From the NCBI RefSeq assembly GCF_988242995.1, contig NZ_OZ547043.1: a stretch of 64,000 nucleotides of DNA. One strand, written 5' to 3'. The notes below the pieces were generated by a model that was not told where the DNA came from, ran no database searches, and saw nothing but the letters and a program-made list of their open reading frames with translations. Below are positions 24,702 through 36,687 of this stretch, piece after piece. Numbering within the stretch: position 1 is the stretch's first letter; each line of letters begins with the position of its first letter. Position numbers and translations under genes: made by a program.

Positions 24702-25934
24702 TTATGCCGCCAGCACGCGGTTGCGTCCATCATTTTTCGCCCGATACAAAGCATCATCAACGCGTTTAAACAGTTCATCGATGCTTTCATTTCCTTCGTG
24801 ATGCGCCACACCAATGCTGACGGTAAAGCGTGGTAAGCCTGAAATACTCACTTTTGCCACGCTTACGCGGATAGTTTCAGCCAGCGAAAGCGCGGTATCC
24901 AGTGGGGTTCTTGGTAGCAATAAGACAAACTCTTCGCCTCCCCAACGAAACACCAAATCGCCTTTGCGAGCGCAACTTTCGAGAGTGCGGGCGAGGGCGC
25001 ATAACACCTCATCACCTTTAGAATGCCCATAGAGATCGTTAATGTGTTTAAAACGATCTGTGTCGATGAGCAATAAGCTGTAATCCTGAGCGATGGCGAG
25101 GTGCTGCATTTGGCCTGGCTCGGTAATGTGATAAAACTGTCGCCGATTCAGTAATCCGGTCATCGCGTCATGGTGGGCAGCATGTTCCAGCTGCTCCTCC
25201 AGCCGTTTTTGCTCAGTAATATCATGCACAATACATAACATGAGCTTGTCGCCATAAATTTCAATCGGCCCGGCATAGGTCTGCACATGACGAGTCGAAC
25301 CATCCGCCAGTTTATGAACAAAATTCAAAGGCTTATGACCGCCTGGTAAATGCGAAATTTCATGCATGATAGGCATGACGCGACGCCCGAGCATATTTAT
25401 TTCCCAGGTATGTTTCTGGCACATCGTTTCATGGTTATAACCATAGAAATTGAGCGCGGCGAGGTTAGCATCGACGATTTGGCCATCTCGTGAGGGGTCA
25501 ATCAACAACATTGGTGCAGAGTTAGTCAGAAAAAAGCGCGCATAAAAACCTTGTTTTTTGCGCTGATAATTTGCCGAGCGACTGGCTTTTAAACCCAGCG
25601 TTGCCGGCGCTTCGATACCTTCGAAAATAATCACCGGTTCTGCTTCTGTCAGCTCTCGCAAAACAAGCCGACAGCTCAATGCTGTTTCCTCTTCATTGCG
25701 CTGAACGGTGAGGATTTCGATAATATCGTGTTGGTTTTGCAGATCGGAGAGGTATTTCGGCAGTTCTTTTTGTGAGGAGACGGAATAGGGACCGGTTCGT
25801 AGCTGACTAAACGTGAGGTCTTGCATCAACAGTCGCGCCGCGCTGTTGGCATAAATTAACTGTTCCTCAAATGGCGAAACGATCCAGACAGGACTGGTGA
25901 GTAAGTCCAGGGTATTGAAGTTGTGCGTAATCAT
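24702..25934 (-). CDS. dgcM: Diguanylate cyclase DgcM (PAS-PAS-GGDEF)
   Basis: MITHNFNTLDLLTSPVWIVSPFEEQ... (410 aa from the internal start) with active-site RWGGEEF. Confidence 0.94.
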   Translation of the reverse strand: MITHNFNTLDLLTSPVWIVSPFEEQLIYANSAARLLMQDLTFSQLRTGPYSVSSQKELPKYLSDLQNQHDIIEILTVQRNEEETALSCRLVLRELTEAEPVIIFEGIEAPATLGLKASRSANYQRKKQGFYARFFLTNSAPMLLIDPSRDGQIVDANLAALNFYGYNHETMCQKHTWEINMLGRRVMPIMHEISHLPGGHKPLNFVHKLADGSTRHVQTYAGPIEIYGDKLMLCIVHDITEQKRLEEQLEHAAHHDAMTGLLNRRQFYHITEPGQMQHLAIAQDYSLLLIDTDRFKHINDLYGHSKGDEVLCALARTLESCARKGDLVFRWGGEEFVLLLPRTPLDTALSLAETIRVSVAKVSISGLPRFTVSIGVAHHEGNESIDELFKRVDDALYRAKNDGRNRVLAA

Positions 25935-26167
25935 TGAGATCCCGTTATTTTTATCAATTTTTGTTGCTATCCGATCGCAAAAAAGCCACGTCATATGATC
26001 AGATAATTCTGATAATGATAGACGCTATTTAACACTTCACACGGTTTGTATATGGAAAAGCATTTTGCTTTTTGTATTCAATTTAGACAGAATTTTATTA
26101 ATCATTTCAGGGTAATGGGGGGATGAGATGTTGCGTAACAGGGCCAGAAGGCTAGACTACAAAATAA

Positions 26168-27172
<1,005 letters not shown>

Positions 27173-27218
27173 CAAAAGCAATTTTTCCGGCTATCTGTAT
27201 ACAAAAACGCCGCAAAGT

Positions 27219-27232
27219 TTGAGCGAAGTCAA
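27219..27232. promoter_or_regulatory. FNR box of the fnrS promoter
   Basis: TTGAG-CGAA-GTCAA, centred about 42 nt upstream of the FnrS 5' end. This is class II FNR geometry. Confidence 0.7.
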
Positions 27233-27267
27233 TAAACTCTCTACCCATTCAGGGCAATATCTCTCTT

Positions 27268-27389
27268 GCAGGTGAATGCAACGTCAAGCGATGGGCGTTG
27301 CGCTCCATATTGTCTTACTTCCTTTTTTGAATTACTGCATAGCACAATTGATTCGTACGACGCCGACTTTGATGAGTCGGCTTTTTTTT
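27268..27389 (+). ncRNA. fnrS: FnrS anaerobically induced Hfq-dependent sRNA
   Basis: GCAGGTGAATGCAACGTCAAGCGATGGGCGTTGCGCTCCATATTGTCTTACTTCC...GCCGACTTTGATGAGTCGGCTTTTTTTT matches my recollection of FnrS. Ends in a terminator hairpin plus T8. Confidence 0.92.
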
Positions 27390-27446
27390 GCCTGTTATTT
27401 ATCAGCGTCTACCCTTTAAGAGTCCACCCAATGACCGGAGGGAAAT

Positions 27447-27620
27447 ATGACGACACTTATTTATTTGCAAATTCCTGTCCCTGAACCGATTCCTGGCGAT
27501 CCTGTTCCAGTGCCCGATCCGATCCCTCGCCCGCAACCCATGCCTGACCCACCACCCGATGAAGAACCGATTAAATTGTCGCATCGTGAGCGTAGATCTG
27601 CGAGGATACGCGCCTGCTAA
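27447..27620 (+). CDS. 57-aa proline-rich small ORF between fnrS and dbpA
   Basis: GGAGGG lies 4 nt before the ATG. Translation is MTTLIYLQIPVPEPIPGDPVPVPDPIPRPQPMPDPPPDEEPIKLSHRERRSARIRAC. It ends 29 nt before the dbpA GTG and is below the ORF-track size cut-off. Confidence 0.5.
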   Translation: MTTLIYLQIPVPEPIPGDPVPVPDPIPRPQPMPDPPPDEEPIKLSHRERRSARIRAC

Positions 27621-27649
27621 CTTTGCGTCGATGACCACGAGAATAGATT

Positions 27650-29023
27650 GTGACCGCTTTTTCTACCCTGAATGTTTTGCCTCCCGCCCAACTCACGAAC
27701 CTTAATGAGTTGGGTTATTTAACCATGACGCCGGTGCAGGCCGCCGCGCTTCCGGCGATCCTTGCCGGAAAAGATGTTCGCGTGCAGGCGAAAACCGGCA
27801 GCGGCAAAACGGCGGCTTTTGGCCTCGGCTTGTTACAGCAAATTGATGCGTCGCTATTTCAAACCCAGGCTTTAGTGCTGTGTCCTACGCGTGAACTGGC
27901 GGATCAGGTGGCAGGTGAATTGCGTCGGCTGGCGCGTTTTCTGCCAAATACCAAAATTTTGACGTTGTGCGGTGGTCAACCGTTCGGTATGCAGCGTGAT
28001 TCGTTGCAACATGCGCCGCATATTATCGTGGCAACGCCGGGCCGTTTGTTGGATCATCTGCAAAAAGGCACGGTATCACTGGATGCGTTGAATACGCTGG
28101 TGATGGATGAGGCCGACCGCATGCTGGATATGGGATTTAGCGACGCCATTGATGATGTCATCCGTTTTGCGCCTGCATCTCGACAGACGCTTCTGTTTTC
28201 GGCAACCTGGCCGGAAGCCATCGCCGCAATCAGCGGACGAGTGCAACGCGATCCTTTGGCGATTGAAATTGACTCAACAGATGCTTTGCCACCCATTGAA
28301 CAACAATTTTATGAGACATCCAGTAAAGGCAAAATTCCTCTGTTGCAACGGTTATTAAGCTTGCATCAGCCATCCTCTTGTGTGGTGTTTTGCAATACCA
28401 AAAAAGATTGCCAGGCTGTCTGCGACGCGCTGAATGAAGTAGGGCAAAGTGCATTGTCGTTACACGGCGATCTGGAGCAACGTGATCGCGATCAGACCCT
28501 GGTACGTTTTGCTAACGGTAGCGCCCGTGTACTGGTTGCGACTGATGTTGCTGCGCGAGGTCTGGATATTAAATCGCTTGAGCTGGTGGTGAACTTTGAG
28601 CTGGCGTGGGATCCTGAAGTTCATGTGCATCGCATCGGTCGTACAGCGCGTGCAGGAAATAGCGGTCTGGCGATCAGTTTCTGTGCCCCGGAAGAAGCAC
28701 AGCGGGCCAATATCATTTCTGACATGTTGCAGATAAAACTTAACTGGCAAACGCCGCCAGTTAATAGTTCCATTGTGCCGCTGGAAGCCGAAATGGCAAC
28801 GTTATGTATCGATGGCGGGAAAAAAGCCAAAATGCGCCCGGGTGATGTATTAGGTGCGCTGACAGGAGATATCGGGCTTGATGGCGCAGATATTGGCAAA
28901 ATCGCCGTGCATCCGGCGCATGTCTATGTCGCGGTGCGTCAGGCTGTTGCTCATAAAGCATGGAAACAGTTACAGGGCGGGAAGATTAAAGGAAAAACGT
29001 GCCGGGTGCGGTTATTAAAATAA
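27650..29023 (+). CDS. dbpA: DEAD-box 23S rRNA-dependent RNA helicase
   Basis: 457 aa with motifs AKTGSGKT, DEAD, SAT and HRIGRTAR. Confidence 0.97.
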   Translation: MTAFSTLNVLPPAQLTNLNELGYLTMTPVQAAALPAILAGKDVRVQAKTGSGKTAAFGLGLLQQIDASLFQTQALVLCPTRELADQVAGELRRLARFLPNTKILTLCGGQPFGMQRDSLQHAPHIIVATPGRLLDHLQKGTVSLDALNTLVMDEADRMLDMGFSDAIDDVIRFAPASRQTLLFSATWPEAIAAISGRVQRDPLAIEIDSTDALPPIEQQFYETSSKGKIPLLQRLLSLHQPSSCVVFCNTKKDCQAVCDALNEVGQSALSLHGDLEQRDRDQTLVRFANGSARVLVATDVAARGLDIKSLELVVNFELAWDPEVHVHRIGRTARAGNSGLAISFCAPEEAQRANIISDMLQIKLNWQTPPVNSSIVPLEAEMATLCIDGGKKAKMRPGDVLGALTGDIGLDGADIGKIAVHPAHVYVAVRQAVAHKAWKQLQGGKIKGKTCRVRLLK

Positions 29024-29071
29024 TGAAATGTTGAATTGCAGGGTGCAAGAGTAAACATCTTCTTCGGGATT

Positions 29072-29141
29072 GCCGGATGCGACGCTGGCCGCGTCTTATC
29101 CGGCCTCCATAAGAGTAGCCCGATAAGCTTGCGCATCGGGC
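29072..29141. repeat. REP/BIME-type extragenic palindromes between dbpA and ttcA
   Basis: GCCGGATGCGACGCTGGCCGCGTCTTATCCGGCC (classic REP) followed by the GCCCGAT...ATCGGGC hairpin. Confidence 0.8.
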
Positions 29142-29151
29142 GCTATCCTGG

Positions 29152-30087
29152 TTATTTCACTTCAACCACATTCAGTCGTAACTCATCCAACTGATTTTCA
29201 TCTTCTTCAGGCTGCCAACCCGCCGGTTGTAGAGGGAGCTCTTCGCGATCAAACGCCAGATCACCCCCGTTAACAACTTCAGAACCGTGGGTAATGCCTT
29301 TGAAATCGAACAGGTTGGTATCGCACAGATGCGACGGCACCACATTCTGCATCGCGCTGAACATCGTCTCGATACGCCCCGGATAACGTTTATCCCAATC
29401 ACGCAACATGTCAGCAATCACCTGACGTTGCAGGTTAGGCTGTGAACCGCACAGGTTGCACGGAATAATCGGGAACGCTTTTGCATCGGCAAAGCGCTGA
29501 ATATCTTTCTCGCGGCAGTAGGCCAGCGGACGAATCACAATATGCTTGCCATCATCGCTCATCAGTTTCGGAGGCATACCTTTCATCTTGCCGCCGTAGA
29601 ACATATTTAAGAACAACGTTTGCAGGATATCGTCACGATGGTGACCCAGCGCGATCTTCGTCGCTCCCAGTTCCGTTGCGGTACGATAAAGGATACCGCG
29701 ACGAAGACGAGAACACAGTGAGCAAGTGGTTTTGCCCTCTGGAATTTTCTCTTTCACGATACCGTAAGTGTTCTCTTCCACAATCTTGTACTCAACGCCC
29801 AGCTTTTCAAGATACTCGGGCAGAACGTGTTCCGGGAAGCCCGGTTGCTTTTGATCGAGGTTAACAGCCACCAGCGAAAAATTGATTGGCGCGCTTTGCT
29901 GCAAATTGCGCAGAATCTCCAGCATGGTATAGCTGTCTTTACCCCCGGAGAGGCAAACCATGATGCGATCGCCTTCTTCAATCATATTGAAGTCAGCAAT
30001 GGCTTCGCCCACGTTACGACGCAGACGTTTTTGTAATTTGTTCAGGTTGTATTGTTCTTTCTTTGTAATTTGTTGATTTTCTTGCAT
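29152..30087 (-). CDS. ttcA: tRNA 2-thiocytidine(32) synthetase
   Basis: 311 aa with PP-loop SGGKDS and CxxC pairs. Its 5' end abuts the prophage integrase end. Confidence 0.96.
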   Translation of the reverse strand: MQENQQITKKEQYNLNKLQKRLRRNVGEAIADFNMIEEGDRIMVCLSGGKDSYTMLEILRNLQQSAPINFSLVAVNLDQKQPGFPEHVLPEYLEKLGVEYKIVEENTYGIVKEKIPEGKTTCSLCSRLRRGILYRTATELGATKIALGHHRDDILQTLFLNMFYGGKMKGMPPKLMSDDGKHIVIRPLAYCREKDIQRFADAKAFPIIPCNLCGSQPNLQRQVIADMLRDWDKRYPGRIETMFSAMQNVVPSHLCDTNLFDFKGITHGSEVVNGGDLAFDREELPLQPAGWQPEEDENQLDELRLNVVEVK

Positions 30088-30138
30088 TATTTCAGTTCTC
30101 TGGTACTAAATGGGGCAAATTGGGGGCAAACTTTGCAA

Positions 30139-31374
30139 CTACGATAACCGCGCATTCAACATGGCTATCTGTTCGTCGTTCATGTCATCAATCCACATAC
30201 CGTAAATTTCATACACCATCTGCGCAGTTTCATGCCCCATTTGGCTGGCTATAAATGCCGGGTTCGCTCCTGCCGTCAACAGCCAGCAGGCAAAAGTATG
30301 CCGCGTATGGTACGGATTACGGCGGCGAATACCAGCACGTTTTACTGCTGCATTCCACCTTGCCCCCAAACTGCTTACCGAGTAATAAGGTTTTTGTTTT
30401 CCGTTACACACCCTGGGCATGAAAACAAAATGCAGTTTTTGCTTTTCGGTTCTGCCGTACTCCCGATGATAAAAGGTGATTTCGCTTTTGCGATGATGCC
30501 CGGTCAGTTTGTATTGCTCCTTCAGTGCTTCAAGAGCAGGCTGCAGTAGTGTTACTGTTCGGATCCCGGCATTTGTTTTTGGGGGACCGAACATATCAAG
30601 TATCGTCAGGTTTCTTCTGACATTCACTATTCCCTTTTCGAGATCCACATCCTCCCACGCCAGAGCTGCCAGTTCCCCGTGACGAAGTCCTGAGTAAACG
30701 GCAAATTTCCACAAGTTCTGGCTCTGTCCTTTTTCACTTTCCATTAATGCATTGAATTCTGTTTTAGATAACGGATCAGGCTTTATTCTGTTTCGCTGTA
30801 ATTTTTTTACTCCTTCAAATGGTTTGGTTGATATAAATCCCGACTGATACGCAAAACGCAACAGCGAACAGAGCAGGGCGATATAGTTATCAACTGTGCG
30901 CACGGTTCTTCCTTTTTTGTTGGATCTTGGATTATCCAGGTAAAGCGTTTCTCCATGCAGCAGTTCATTCCGGTAGTTTAAGATATCGCTATAACGAATA
31001 TGTGATATCGGGGTACTTTCACAAATTATTATTCTGAGTGTTTTTAATTGTGATTTCGTTTTCTTCATTGTGTTTGTTGTTAACTCTGTCTCTTTAATTT
31101 TTGTCCAGATATCACAAAGCTCTCCGAACGTTTTTATGACTCTCGTTGTCACCATTTTTGCCCCAGTGCTGGACTGGGGAAAACGTCTTAAATACTCAAA
31201 TTCACCGGAGTTTATTTCATGAACTATCAGCGCTCTTAAATTTCCGGCCTTTTTAATATTACTGTTTGTAATCTCCCAGCCTTTTAATGTTTCCCGACAT
31301 CGTTTTCCTCGAAACATGAACCAGATGCGAATGTATCTACCTCTAATCTCGACACCTGTTGGTAATTTAGACAT
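30139..31374 (-). CDS. intR: Rac-type tyrosine integrase
   Basis: 411 aa with C-terminal catalytic-domain motifs (HGELAALAWEDVD...HTRHTFA...MGHETAQMVYEIY). Confidence 0.95.
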   Translation of the reverse strand: MSKLPTGVEIRGRYIRIWFMFRGKRCRETLKGWEITNSNIKKAGNLRALIVHEINSGEFEYLRRFPQSSTGAKMVTTRVIKTFGELCDIWTKIKETELTTNTMKKTKSQLKTLRIIICESTPISHIRYSDILNYRNELLHGETLYLDNPRSNKKGRTVRTVDNYIALLCSLLRFAYQSGFISTKPFEGVKKLQRNRIKPDPLSKTEFNALMESEKGQSQNLWKFAVYSGLRHGELAALAWEDVDLEKGIVNVRRNLTILDMFGPPKTNAGIRTVTLLQPALEALKEQYKLTGHHRKSEITFYHREYGRTEKQKLHFVFMPRVCNGKQKPYYSVSSLGARWNAAVKRAGIRRRNPYHTRHTFACWLLTAGANPAFIASQMGHETAQMVYEIYGMWIDDMNDEQIAMLNARLS

Positions 31375-31375
31375 A

Positions 31376-31591
31376 TCATGAGTCTTTGATAAACTGATTT
31401 ATCTTTGGATAGTTGTACCAGATAATCCCTCGTTTGCTGTCTGGCTTACCTAAAGGAGATACTCGTTTGAAGTGGAAGCCCTCCACCCAACAGTTCTGGC
31501 GGTATGCTTCAATTTGTCTGGCCCCCAGACCAGTGCGAAGCATCAGGCCGTATTCAACCATCCACTCTTCATTAAAGATTACTTGTGCCAT
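31376..31591 (-). CDS. xisR: Excisionase
   Basis: [32 protein letters not shown]... (71 aa from the internal start), immediately upstream of int. Confidence 0.88.
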   Translation of the reverse strand: MAQVIFNEEWMVEYGLMLRTGLGARQIEAYRQNCWVEGFHFKRVSPLGKPDSKRGIIWYNYPKINQFIKDS

Positions 31592-31669
31592 CGCATCACC
31601 TCTGGCAGGCGCCAATGTTAGACTGAAATTGACGCCCGATGTTGATTATTAATAATCAGCTATGAAGTT

Positions 31670-31879
31670 TTAATTTGAATACAATGCAATTCTCGAGGAC
31701 TGAAGTTTCTCGCAATTAAAATTTATCAGTTTTACTTTCTGCTCTCTGGAAACGCCTGCTTCTTTTTTACCTGAGAGCATTTTTTCGCATTCTGATTTCG
31801 TTAGTTTAGATTTTGAATATCTTGTCCAGTTAGTAGGAGTGCCACCTTCCTTTTCAATAGTGGCGGTAATTTTATACAT
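31670..31879 (-). CDS. rcbA: Rac small protein RcbA (YdaC)
   Basis: MYKITATIEKEGGTPTNWTRYSKSKLTKSECEKML... (69 aa). Its start overlaps the 3' end of ralR by 8 nt. Confidence 0.8.
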   Translation of the reverse strand: MYKITATIEKEGGTPTNWTRYSKSKLTKSECEKMLSGKKEAGVSREQKVKLINFNCEKLQSSRIALYSN

Positions 31880-32066
31880 GAACACCTCCATTATTATTTC
31901 CAGTGGTTCGTTTATTCCATCTTTCGAGTGCTTCTTTTTCACTTCCACCATAACCGGTTCGGGATTCGCATCCGTTACACTTCGCTCGGTAATATCCTGA
32001 AATGGCTTTCACCGTTACTGATGGACAACCACAAAATGGACATGGTTTAACATTGTCATATCTCAT
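31872..32066 (-). CDS. ralR: RalR (Lar): restriction alleviation / type I toxin DNase
   Basis: MRYDNVKPCPFCGCPSVTVKAISGYYRAKCNGCESRTGYGG... (64 aa, Zn-ribbon CxxC...CxxC). Confidence 0.88.
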   Translation of the reverse strand: MRYDNVKPCPFCGCPSVTVKAISGYYRAKCNGCESRTGYGGSEKEALERWNKRTTGNNNGGVHV

Positions 32067-32122
32067 AACTTTTCTCATAAAAAATATTTCAAGTTGGCGG
32101 TGCATTACACCGCCAGGCTGAA

Positions 32123-32932
32123 TTATTCCTCTGAATTATCGATTACACTGTATTCCCCGGTTAATACAGAGGAATCTGCAGGATCGATTGTCAGTGGTTC
32201 CTTTTCATCCATTGATACTGCACGCTGGATCTCAATTGATACGGGCAGATATTTGAACAGGCGACGAATAGCCGTTTTCTTTGCCATTTCTTCCCAGTGA
32301 GTTACCCACGGCCCGTTATTACCAGCTTTACTCAGGCTGCGCACCAGCTCAATCTGTTTGCGCGTCATAACTTCAAACTGAGTACCTCCGTCTTTCAGTC
32401 TTGCGACAGCATAGACGTGGGTAACCGGGGCATCTTCGTTTTCTCCCGGGCGGTGTATTAACTTTTCATCAAGGCCAAATTCGAAGCTAAACTCGTCACC
32501 TTCACGGACAACACGGGCTGACAGGCTGGCGATTTGACCAGAACGGCGAGCCAGATCAATCATGCCGCGATAGCCAATGATTAGCTGAACGTTCTTTTTA
32601 CCGCTCTTTTCGTTTTTATTACCAAAAGGCAGTAAATATGCATGACCGAGGGCGCTACCTGGCTCAAGTCCGAGCTGTGAACACTGTACGATCGCACTGA
32701 CAAAACTCATAGTGTCACAGTTTCCTAACGCCGGAACTTTACGAATTTCTGTAGTGGCGATACGGATCATACGTTCAGCCGTCATATGGCGTGGAAGAGC
32801 TGCTGCCAGTTGCTCTTTCATTGATGGCTGGTTAATAAAGCTAATCACGTCGCTATTTTTAACTGCTGCTGGTGCACGGTTTCCCTGAGTTTTTTGCAGA
32901 TCGGCTTTTGCGATTGGTGGTTGCTTAGTCAT
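32123..32932 (-). CDS. recT: RecT single-strand annealing protein
   Basis: [32 protein letters not shown]... (269 aa). Overlaps the recE stop. Confidence 0.96.
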   Translation of the reverse strand: MTKQPPIAKADLQKTQGNRAPAAVKNSDVISFINQPSMKEQLAAALPRHMTAERMIRIATTEIRKVPALGNCDTMSFVSAIVQCSQLGLEPGSALGHAYLLPFGNKNEKSGKKNVQLIIGYRGMIDLARRSGQIASLSARVVREGDEFSFEFGLDEKLIHRPGENEDAPVTHVYAVARLKDGGTQFEVMTRKQIELVRSLSKAGNNGPWVTHWEEMAKKTAIRRLFKYLPVSIEIQRAVSMDEKEPLTIDPADSSVLTGEYSVIDNSEE

Positions 32933-35525
32933 TTGCATATTCCTTAGCCCAGCGGGGCAGTGATAATGTCTTAATAGCTGGCCATTCATCGGTATTCAGG
33001 CAGTCAGACAGGGTTCGCAGATTGCGGTGATATTCCTGTTGACCTGCCAGTTTTGCTTCTTCGCCCATCATGAAAATTTCAACCGGATAACGTCCGCATT
33101 CAATAGTTGTGCTGGCAACCAGAAAAACGAAAGTTGGCTGCACTCCAAACTGTGCTTCATAACCGTCACTGTAGAATGCATCCTGAACGTGATAGCGGTA
33201 GTCGTAATAAGCGGTTTTGAATCGTTGAATATCCGCCGTAGTTTTCACGTCCATGATCCAGTGAAATTCAGGGATAATTTTGTCCGGACGGCACCGACAC
33301 AAAATTCCTGTTTCAGGATCTTCCCAGTAAATTGATGATTCAGCGTGTCCGGCGCTTTCAACAAGCCATTGCCCCAGCGGCAAAGCCATAACGCTTTGAT
33401 ACATGAGTTCAATTTTCCGGCCTTCTTCCGCAGTGATAACCGTTTTTCCTGTGCTTGCGCATTCCATCAGAAACGCTTTCTCTTCTTCTTTTCCGGCGTT
33501 TGTACGGCGGTTAAATTCAGGTGCTACGATAAAGCGGTTACTGAATTCTTCCGGTTCAAGTACCCGGCAGTGGAAAGCAGTTCCTAAATCGAGCGTTTTT
33601 GTCTTTGTGGTGTCCACGGGGGCATTTTTACGCCACAAATATAGTGCCGGAGTATCAGCAATGTCATCGAGCTGAGACTTACTGATACCGGGACCCGCGT
33701 GGTAATTCTCATTCGAAATTCCGTAATAAATACCTGGCTCTATGTCTTCTACGATTACGGGATCTGCGACTTCGCCAGTTTCATCACTGCAATCGTGATG
33801 CGGATCGCTGCCAGCATTCTCATTGTGCGGATGTTCAGCGCCTTCCATTTCCTCCGGATCATTTTCCTTAGCTTCAACCTGACTCTCTTCATCGAATGTT
33901 TCCTGGTATGTTGCGTCGCCCATCACCGCACCACAGTCAGGGCAGTTATCCCCGCCAGTCTGGCCGCAGGCATTGCAGGCTATTTCCGGTTCCTGTTGCA
34001 CTACTGGCTCAGGTTGATTCATATCTGGGCTGGTTTTTTCCGTTTCTGGCTGGTTCTGGTACACACAATCGCGAGTCTGGATCCCCTTTACCCATTTCGG
34101 ATCGTTCGGGTCGCTAATTCCGTCAACAAATTCACCACGTGATGCAGCAAGCAATTTATCGGCATCGACAGGATTTTTTGATGGAATGTTTTTCCGGGCT
34201 TCATGGAGTTCTGCCCACAGTTCCTGATATTTCGCATCAACAGAATTTACCTGTGACTGAGCATCCAGCGGCTGCGTGTCCTGATGATGTTCAGTTGCGT
34301 CCGGTTCCATTGTTTCAGCCTCTCCCTGTTCAACTGCCGTTGTTCCAGATGGTTGCGGTTTTTCTTCATCATCCTGTTTTCCTTCTTCTGTTACTCGCTG
34401 CGGCATCGGGGCAGAGGAGCGACCGCAGGCAATATCCACGATTTCCGGATCAGGGTTGGCATGATCGGTTTCAGTCAGTACTTTGTTCAGATATTCAGTG
34501 ACGTGCGCGGGGATGACCTCGATCCCAATTGGTGCTTCTTTTACGGACGCAACCACGATGGCGCGGGAATAATCCAGCCCGCCAGGCATGGTGATGAATT
34601 TGTCGCGGAAAACAGAAAAGGGCGGTTTATTTTCAGCGATAATTTCCTCAATGCGTTTAGCGTGTGCCGGATGAAGGTTATAGATGTCCAGATCCATTGA
34701 ACGGGCCAGTACGCCAGTGGCTACGTCGCGCGCCAGTGACGTCAGATCGTGTACGAAACCTTCGCCGCGATCGGTGAGGTTTCCGCCGCCAGCATTAGCA
34801 CCGGAAGCCGTGCGAGTGATGTGTGAAACACGATTACCCTTCATCCACTCTTTTGTCAGCAGTCCTCGATCGGTGTAGTCAGCGTTCAGGTATGCTTCGA
34901 AAAAAGCAGTTATCAGTCCCAGGTTTGAATTACCAGGATTAGGGAAAACTTTGTCAGTGTCACGAACCAGTTTGTGGAGTTCGCGAATTTCCAGCGGGTC
35001 GAGCAGGCTGGTTTTGTGGGAAACAGCCAGGGCAGTAACAGCCGGTAGTTCTTCAGCCCGAGCAATGTGTAATGCCTGGAGTCCGTCGCGTGAAACGTGC
35101 GTTACCGGTTTTTCGCTGCCGTGTTGAGCAAGCCAACGAATGGGCAGTTCCTGGCCAGAAATTGGGAGTAGCATATTCTCCTCAATCTCAGTCATGTCTT
35201 CGCCGTTGACGTTGGTATTGCCTTGATAGTGAGCGTTGTCTGGTGCTGCTCCCGGTTTTAGTTCCCATGTCATGGAGTCTTTGCTGAGTTGATAGCGTTC
35301 ACTCCAGGTAAAATCGATCTCACCTTCAGTGGGCAGGTCATTAACGACAGGAAAATTCGTGGCAACAGCTTTAAAATAGCTGCTCAGTTTTTTACCTGAC
35401 TTAACGATCAGGTAGTCCAGAGTGGCACAGGTCGATTCAAAATCGTTGCTTGCCCACAGGACGACGTCAGGTTCACCGGATGATTTTTTCGCTTTCCGTA
35501 ACAGGAAGAGTGGTTTTGTGCTCAT
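32925..35525 (-). CDS. recE: RecE exonuclease VIII
   Basis: 866-aa ORF with an acidic/Pro-rich middle and a C-terminal exonuclease domain. Forms the recET pair. Confidence 0.95.
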   Translation of the reverse strand: MSTKPLFLLRKAKKSSGEPDVVLWASNDFESTCATLDYLIVKSGKKLSSYFKAVATNFPVVNDLPTEGEIDFTWSERYQLSKDSMTWELKPGAAPDNAHYQGNTNVNGEDMTEIEENMLLPISGQELPIRWLAQHGSEKPVTHVSRDGLQALHIARAEELPAVTALAVSHKTSLLDPLEIRELHKLVRDTDKVFPNPGNSNLGLITAFFEAYLNADYTDRGLLTKEWMKGNRVSHITRTASGANAGGGNLTDRGEGFVHDLTSLARDVATGVLARSMDLDIYNLHPAHAKRIEEIIAENKPPFSVFRDKFITMPGGLDYSRAIVVASVKEAPIGIEVIPAHVTEYLNKVLTETDHANPDPEIVDIACGRSSAPMPQRVTEEGKQDDEEKPQPSGTTAVEQGEAETMEPDATEHHQDTQPLDAQSQVNSVDAKYQELWAELHEARKNIPSKNPVDADKLLAASRGEFVDGISDPNDPKWVKGIQTRDCVYQNQPETEKTSPDMNQPEPVVQQEPEIACNACGQTGGDNCPDCGAVMGDATYQETFDEESQVEAKENDPEEMEGAEHPHNENAGSDPHHDCSDETGEVADPVIVEDIEPGIYYGISNENYHAGPGISKSQLDDIADTPALYLWRKNAPVDTTKTKTLDLGTAFHCRVLEPEEFSNRFIVAPEFNRRTNAGKEEEKAFLMECASTGKTVITAEEGRKIELMYQSVMALPLGQWLVESAGHAESSIYWEDPETGILCRCRPDKIIPEFHWIMDVKTTADIQRFKTAYYDYRYHVQDAFYSDGYEAQFGVQPTFVFLVASTTIECGRYPVEIFMMGEEAKLAGQQEYHRNLRTLSDCLNTDEWPAIKTLSLPRWAKEYAND

Positions 35526-35624
35526 TGTTTTTTAACCTCAACTCAGATTAAAATTCGTTTTGTTCAGTGAATGATCTTGCCGGATACACACTGTTCATAG
35601 CCTGCGCCATACGCAGGCTATTTC

Positions 35625-36337
35625 TTGTGCACAGAAAACCCCCAGCTAGGCTGGGGGTTCCGGAAAGCTTTCAGCTTTGAGCCAGTTATTAAAACCCCTT
35701 TTGATTTGTTAAAACACTTTGCGGTCTGGCAACTGCAAGTGTCAAACAAGAAATCAAAAGGGGGTCCCAATGGGGAACGAAAAGAGCTTAGCGCACACCC
35801 GATGGAACTGTAAATATCACATAGTTTTTGCGCCAAAATACCGAAGACAGGTGTTCTACAGAGAGAAGCGTAGAGCAATAGGCAGTATTTTGAGAAAGCT
35901 GTGTGAGTGGAAAAGCGTACGGATTCTGGAAGCTGAATGCTGTGCAGATTATATCCATATGCTTGTGGAGATCCCGCCCAAAATGAGCGTATCCGGCTTT
36001 ATGGGATATCTGAAAGGGAAAAGCAGTCTGATGCTTTACGAGCAGTTTGGTGATTTGAAATTCAAATACAGGAACAGGGAGTTCTGGTGCAGAGGGTACT
36101 ACGTCGATACAGTGGGTAAGAACACGGCGAAGATACAGGATTACATAAAGCACCAGCTTGAAGAGGATAAAATGGGAGAGCAGTTATCGATTCCCTATCC
36201 GGGCAGCCCGTTTACGGGCCGTAAGTAACGAAGTTGGATGCAAATGTCAGATCGTGTGCGCCTGTTAGGGCGCGGCTGGTAAGAGAGCCTTATAGGCGCA
36301 TTTGAAAAACCTCCGGCTATGCCGGAGGATATTTATT
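35625..36337 (+). mobile_element. IS200-type insertion sequence (IS200/IS605 family), copy 1
   Basis: 713-bp block repeated at 48039-48751 (constant offset 12414; all overlapping ORF-track translations identical). Left-end hairpin AACCCCCAGC-TAG-GCTGGGGGTT (35637-35659), right-end hairpin CCTCCGGC-TAT-GCCGGAGG. No flanking target duplication. Confidence 0.93.
35770..36228 (+). CDS. tnpA: IS200 Y1 (HUH) transposase TnpA
   Basis: MGNEKSLAHTRWNCKYHIVFAPKYRRQVFY...ADYIHMLVEIPPK...YY (152 aa), with HUH-like HMLV and catalytic Tyr context. Confidence 0.93.
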   Translation: MGNEKSLAHTRWNCKYHIVFAPKYRRQVFYREKRRAIGSILRKLCEWKSVRILEAECCADYIHMLVEIPPKMSVSGFMGYLKGKSSLMLYEQFGDLKFKYRNREFWCRGYYVDTVGKNTAKIQDYIKHQLEEDKMGEQLSIPYPGSPFTGRK

Positions 36338-36613
36338 TCAGATTTCACCTTTTAATTTCATTGCAATTAGAGTTGCCAGAAATTCGGCTTTTTTTTCTGC
36401 GGGCAGATTCTTTCCGATATGCACCAGGCACATTTTTTTGACACCTTCATCAAGTGTTTTTACGTTGCCTGATGGACCATCGATATCAACCACAGTGAAT
36501 GGGGTTTCTTTATTTTCTGTTTTAATTACGTAGCCAATGCGCTTTCCTTCCAGATTCACCTCGTGAACAATGTCATCGGTAGTTACAACAGTGGCTTCAT
36601 AATTGGTAATCAT
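36338..36613 (-). CDS. racC: RacC
   Basis: MITNYEATVVTTDDIVHEVNLEGKRIGYVIKTENK... (91 aa). Its stop codon directly abuts the IS200 right end. Confidence 0.88.
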   Translation of the reverse strand: MITNYEATVVTTDDIVHEVNLEGKRIGYVIKTENKETPFTVVDIDGPSGNVKTLDEGVKKMCLVHIGKNLPAEKKAEFLATLIAMKLKGEI

Positions 36614-36687
36614 GTTTTTCTCCTTAATTAAGGTTGAGCGAATACCTGCCATTTCTGGCATAAATTTAGTTTCGAATAGTCAATTAA

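Noticed and set aside
27266-27484. 72-aa ORF overlapping the fnrS region
   Set aside because: The sequence is the FnrS sRNA with its terminator, and the ORF has no SD. A separate short ORF with a real SD (27447-27620) is reported instead.
33699-34700. Several 120-147-aa plus-strand ORFs inside recE
   Set aside because: They are antisense to the long recE frame, of which they are mirror images. Their composition is Phe/Leu/Arg-rich and they have no starts with an SD.
35618-35878. 86-aa minus-strand ORF crossing the IS200 left end (and its 127-aa twin at 47909-48292)
   Set aside because: The identical part lies inside the IS, antisense to the tnpA leader, and the non-identical part is just read-through into the flanks. 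It is therefore not a gene but an artefact of the repeat.
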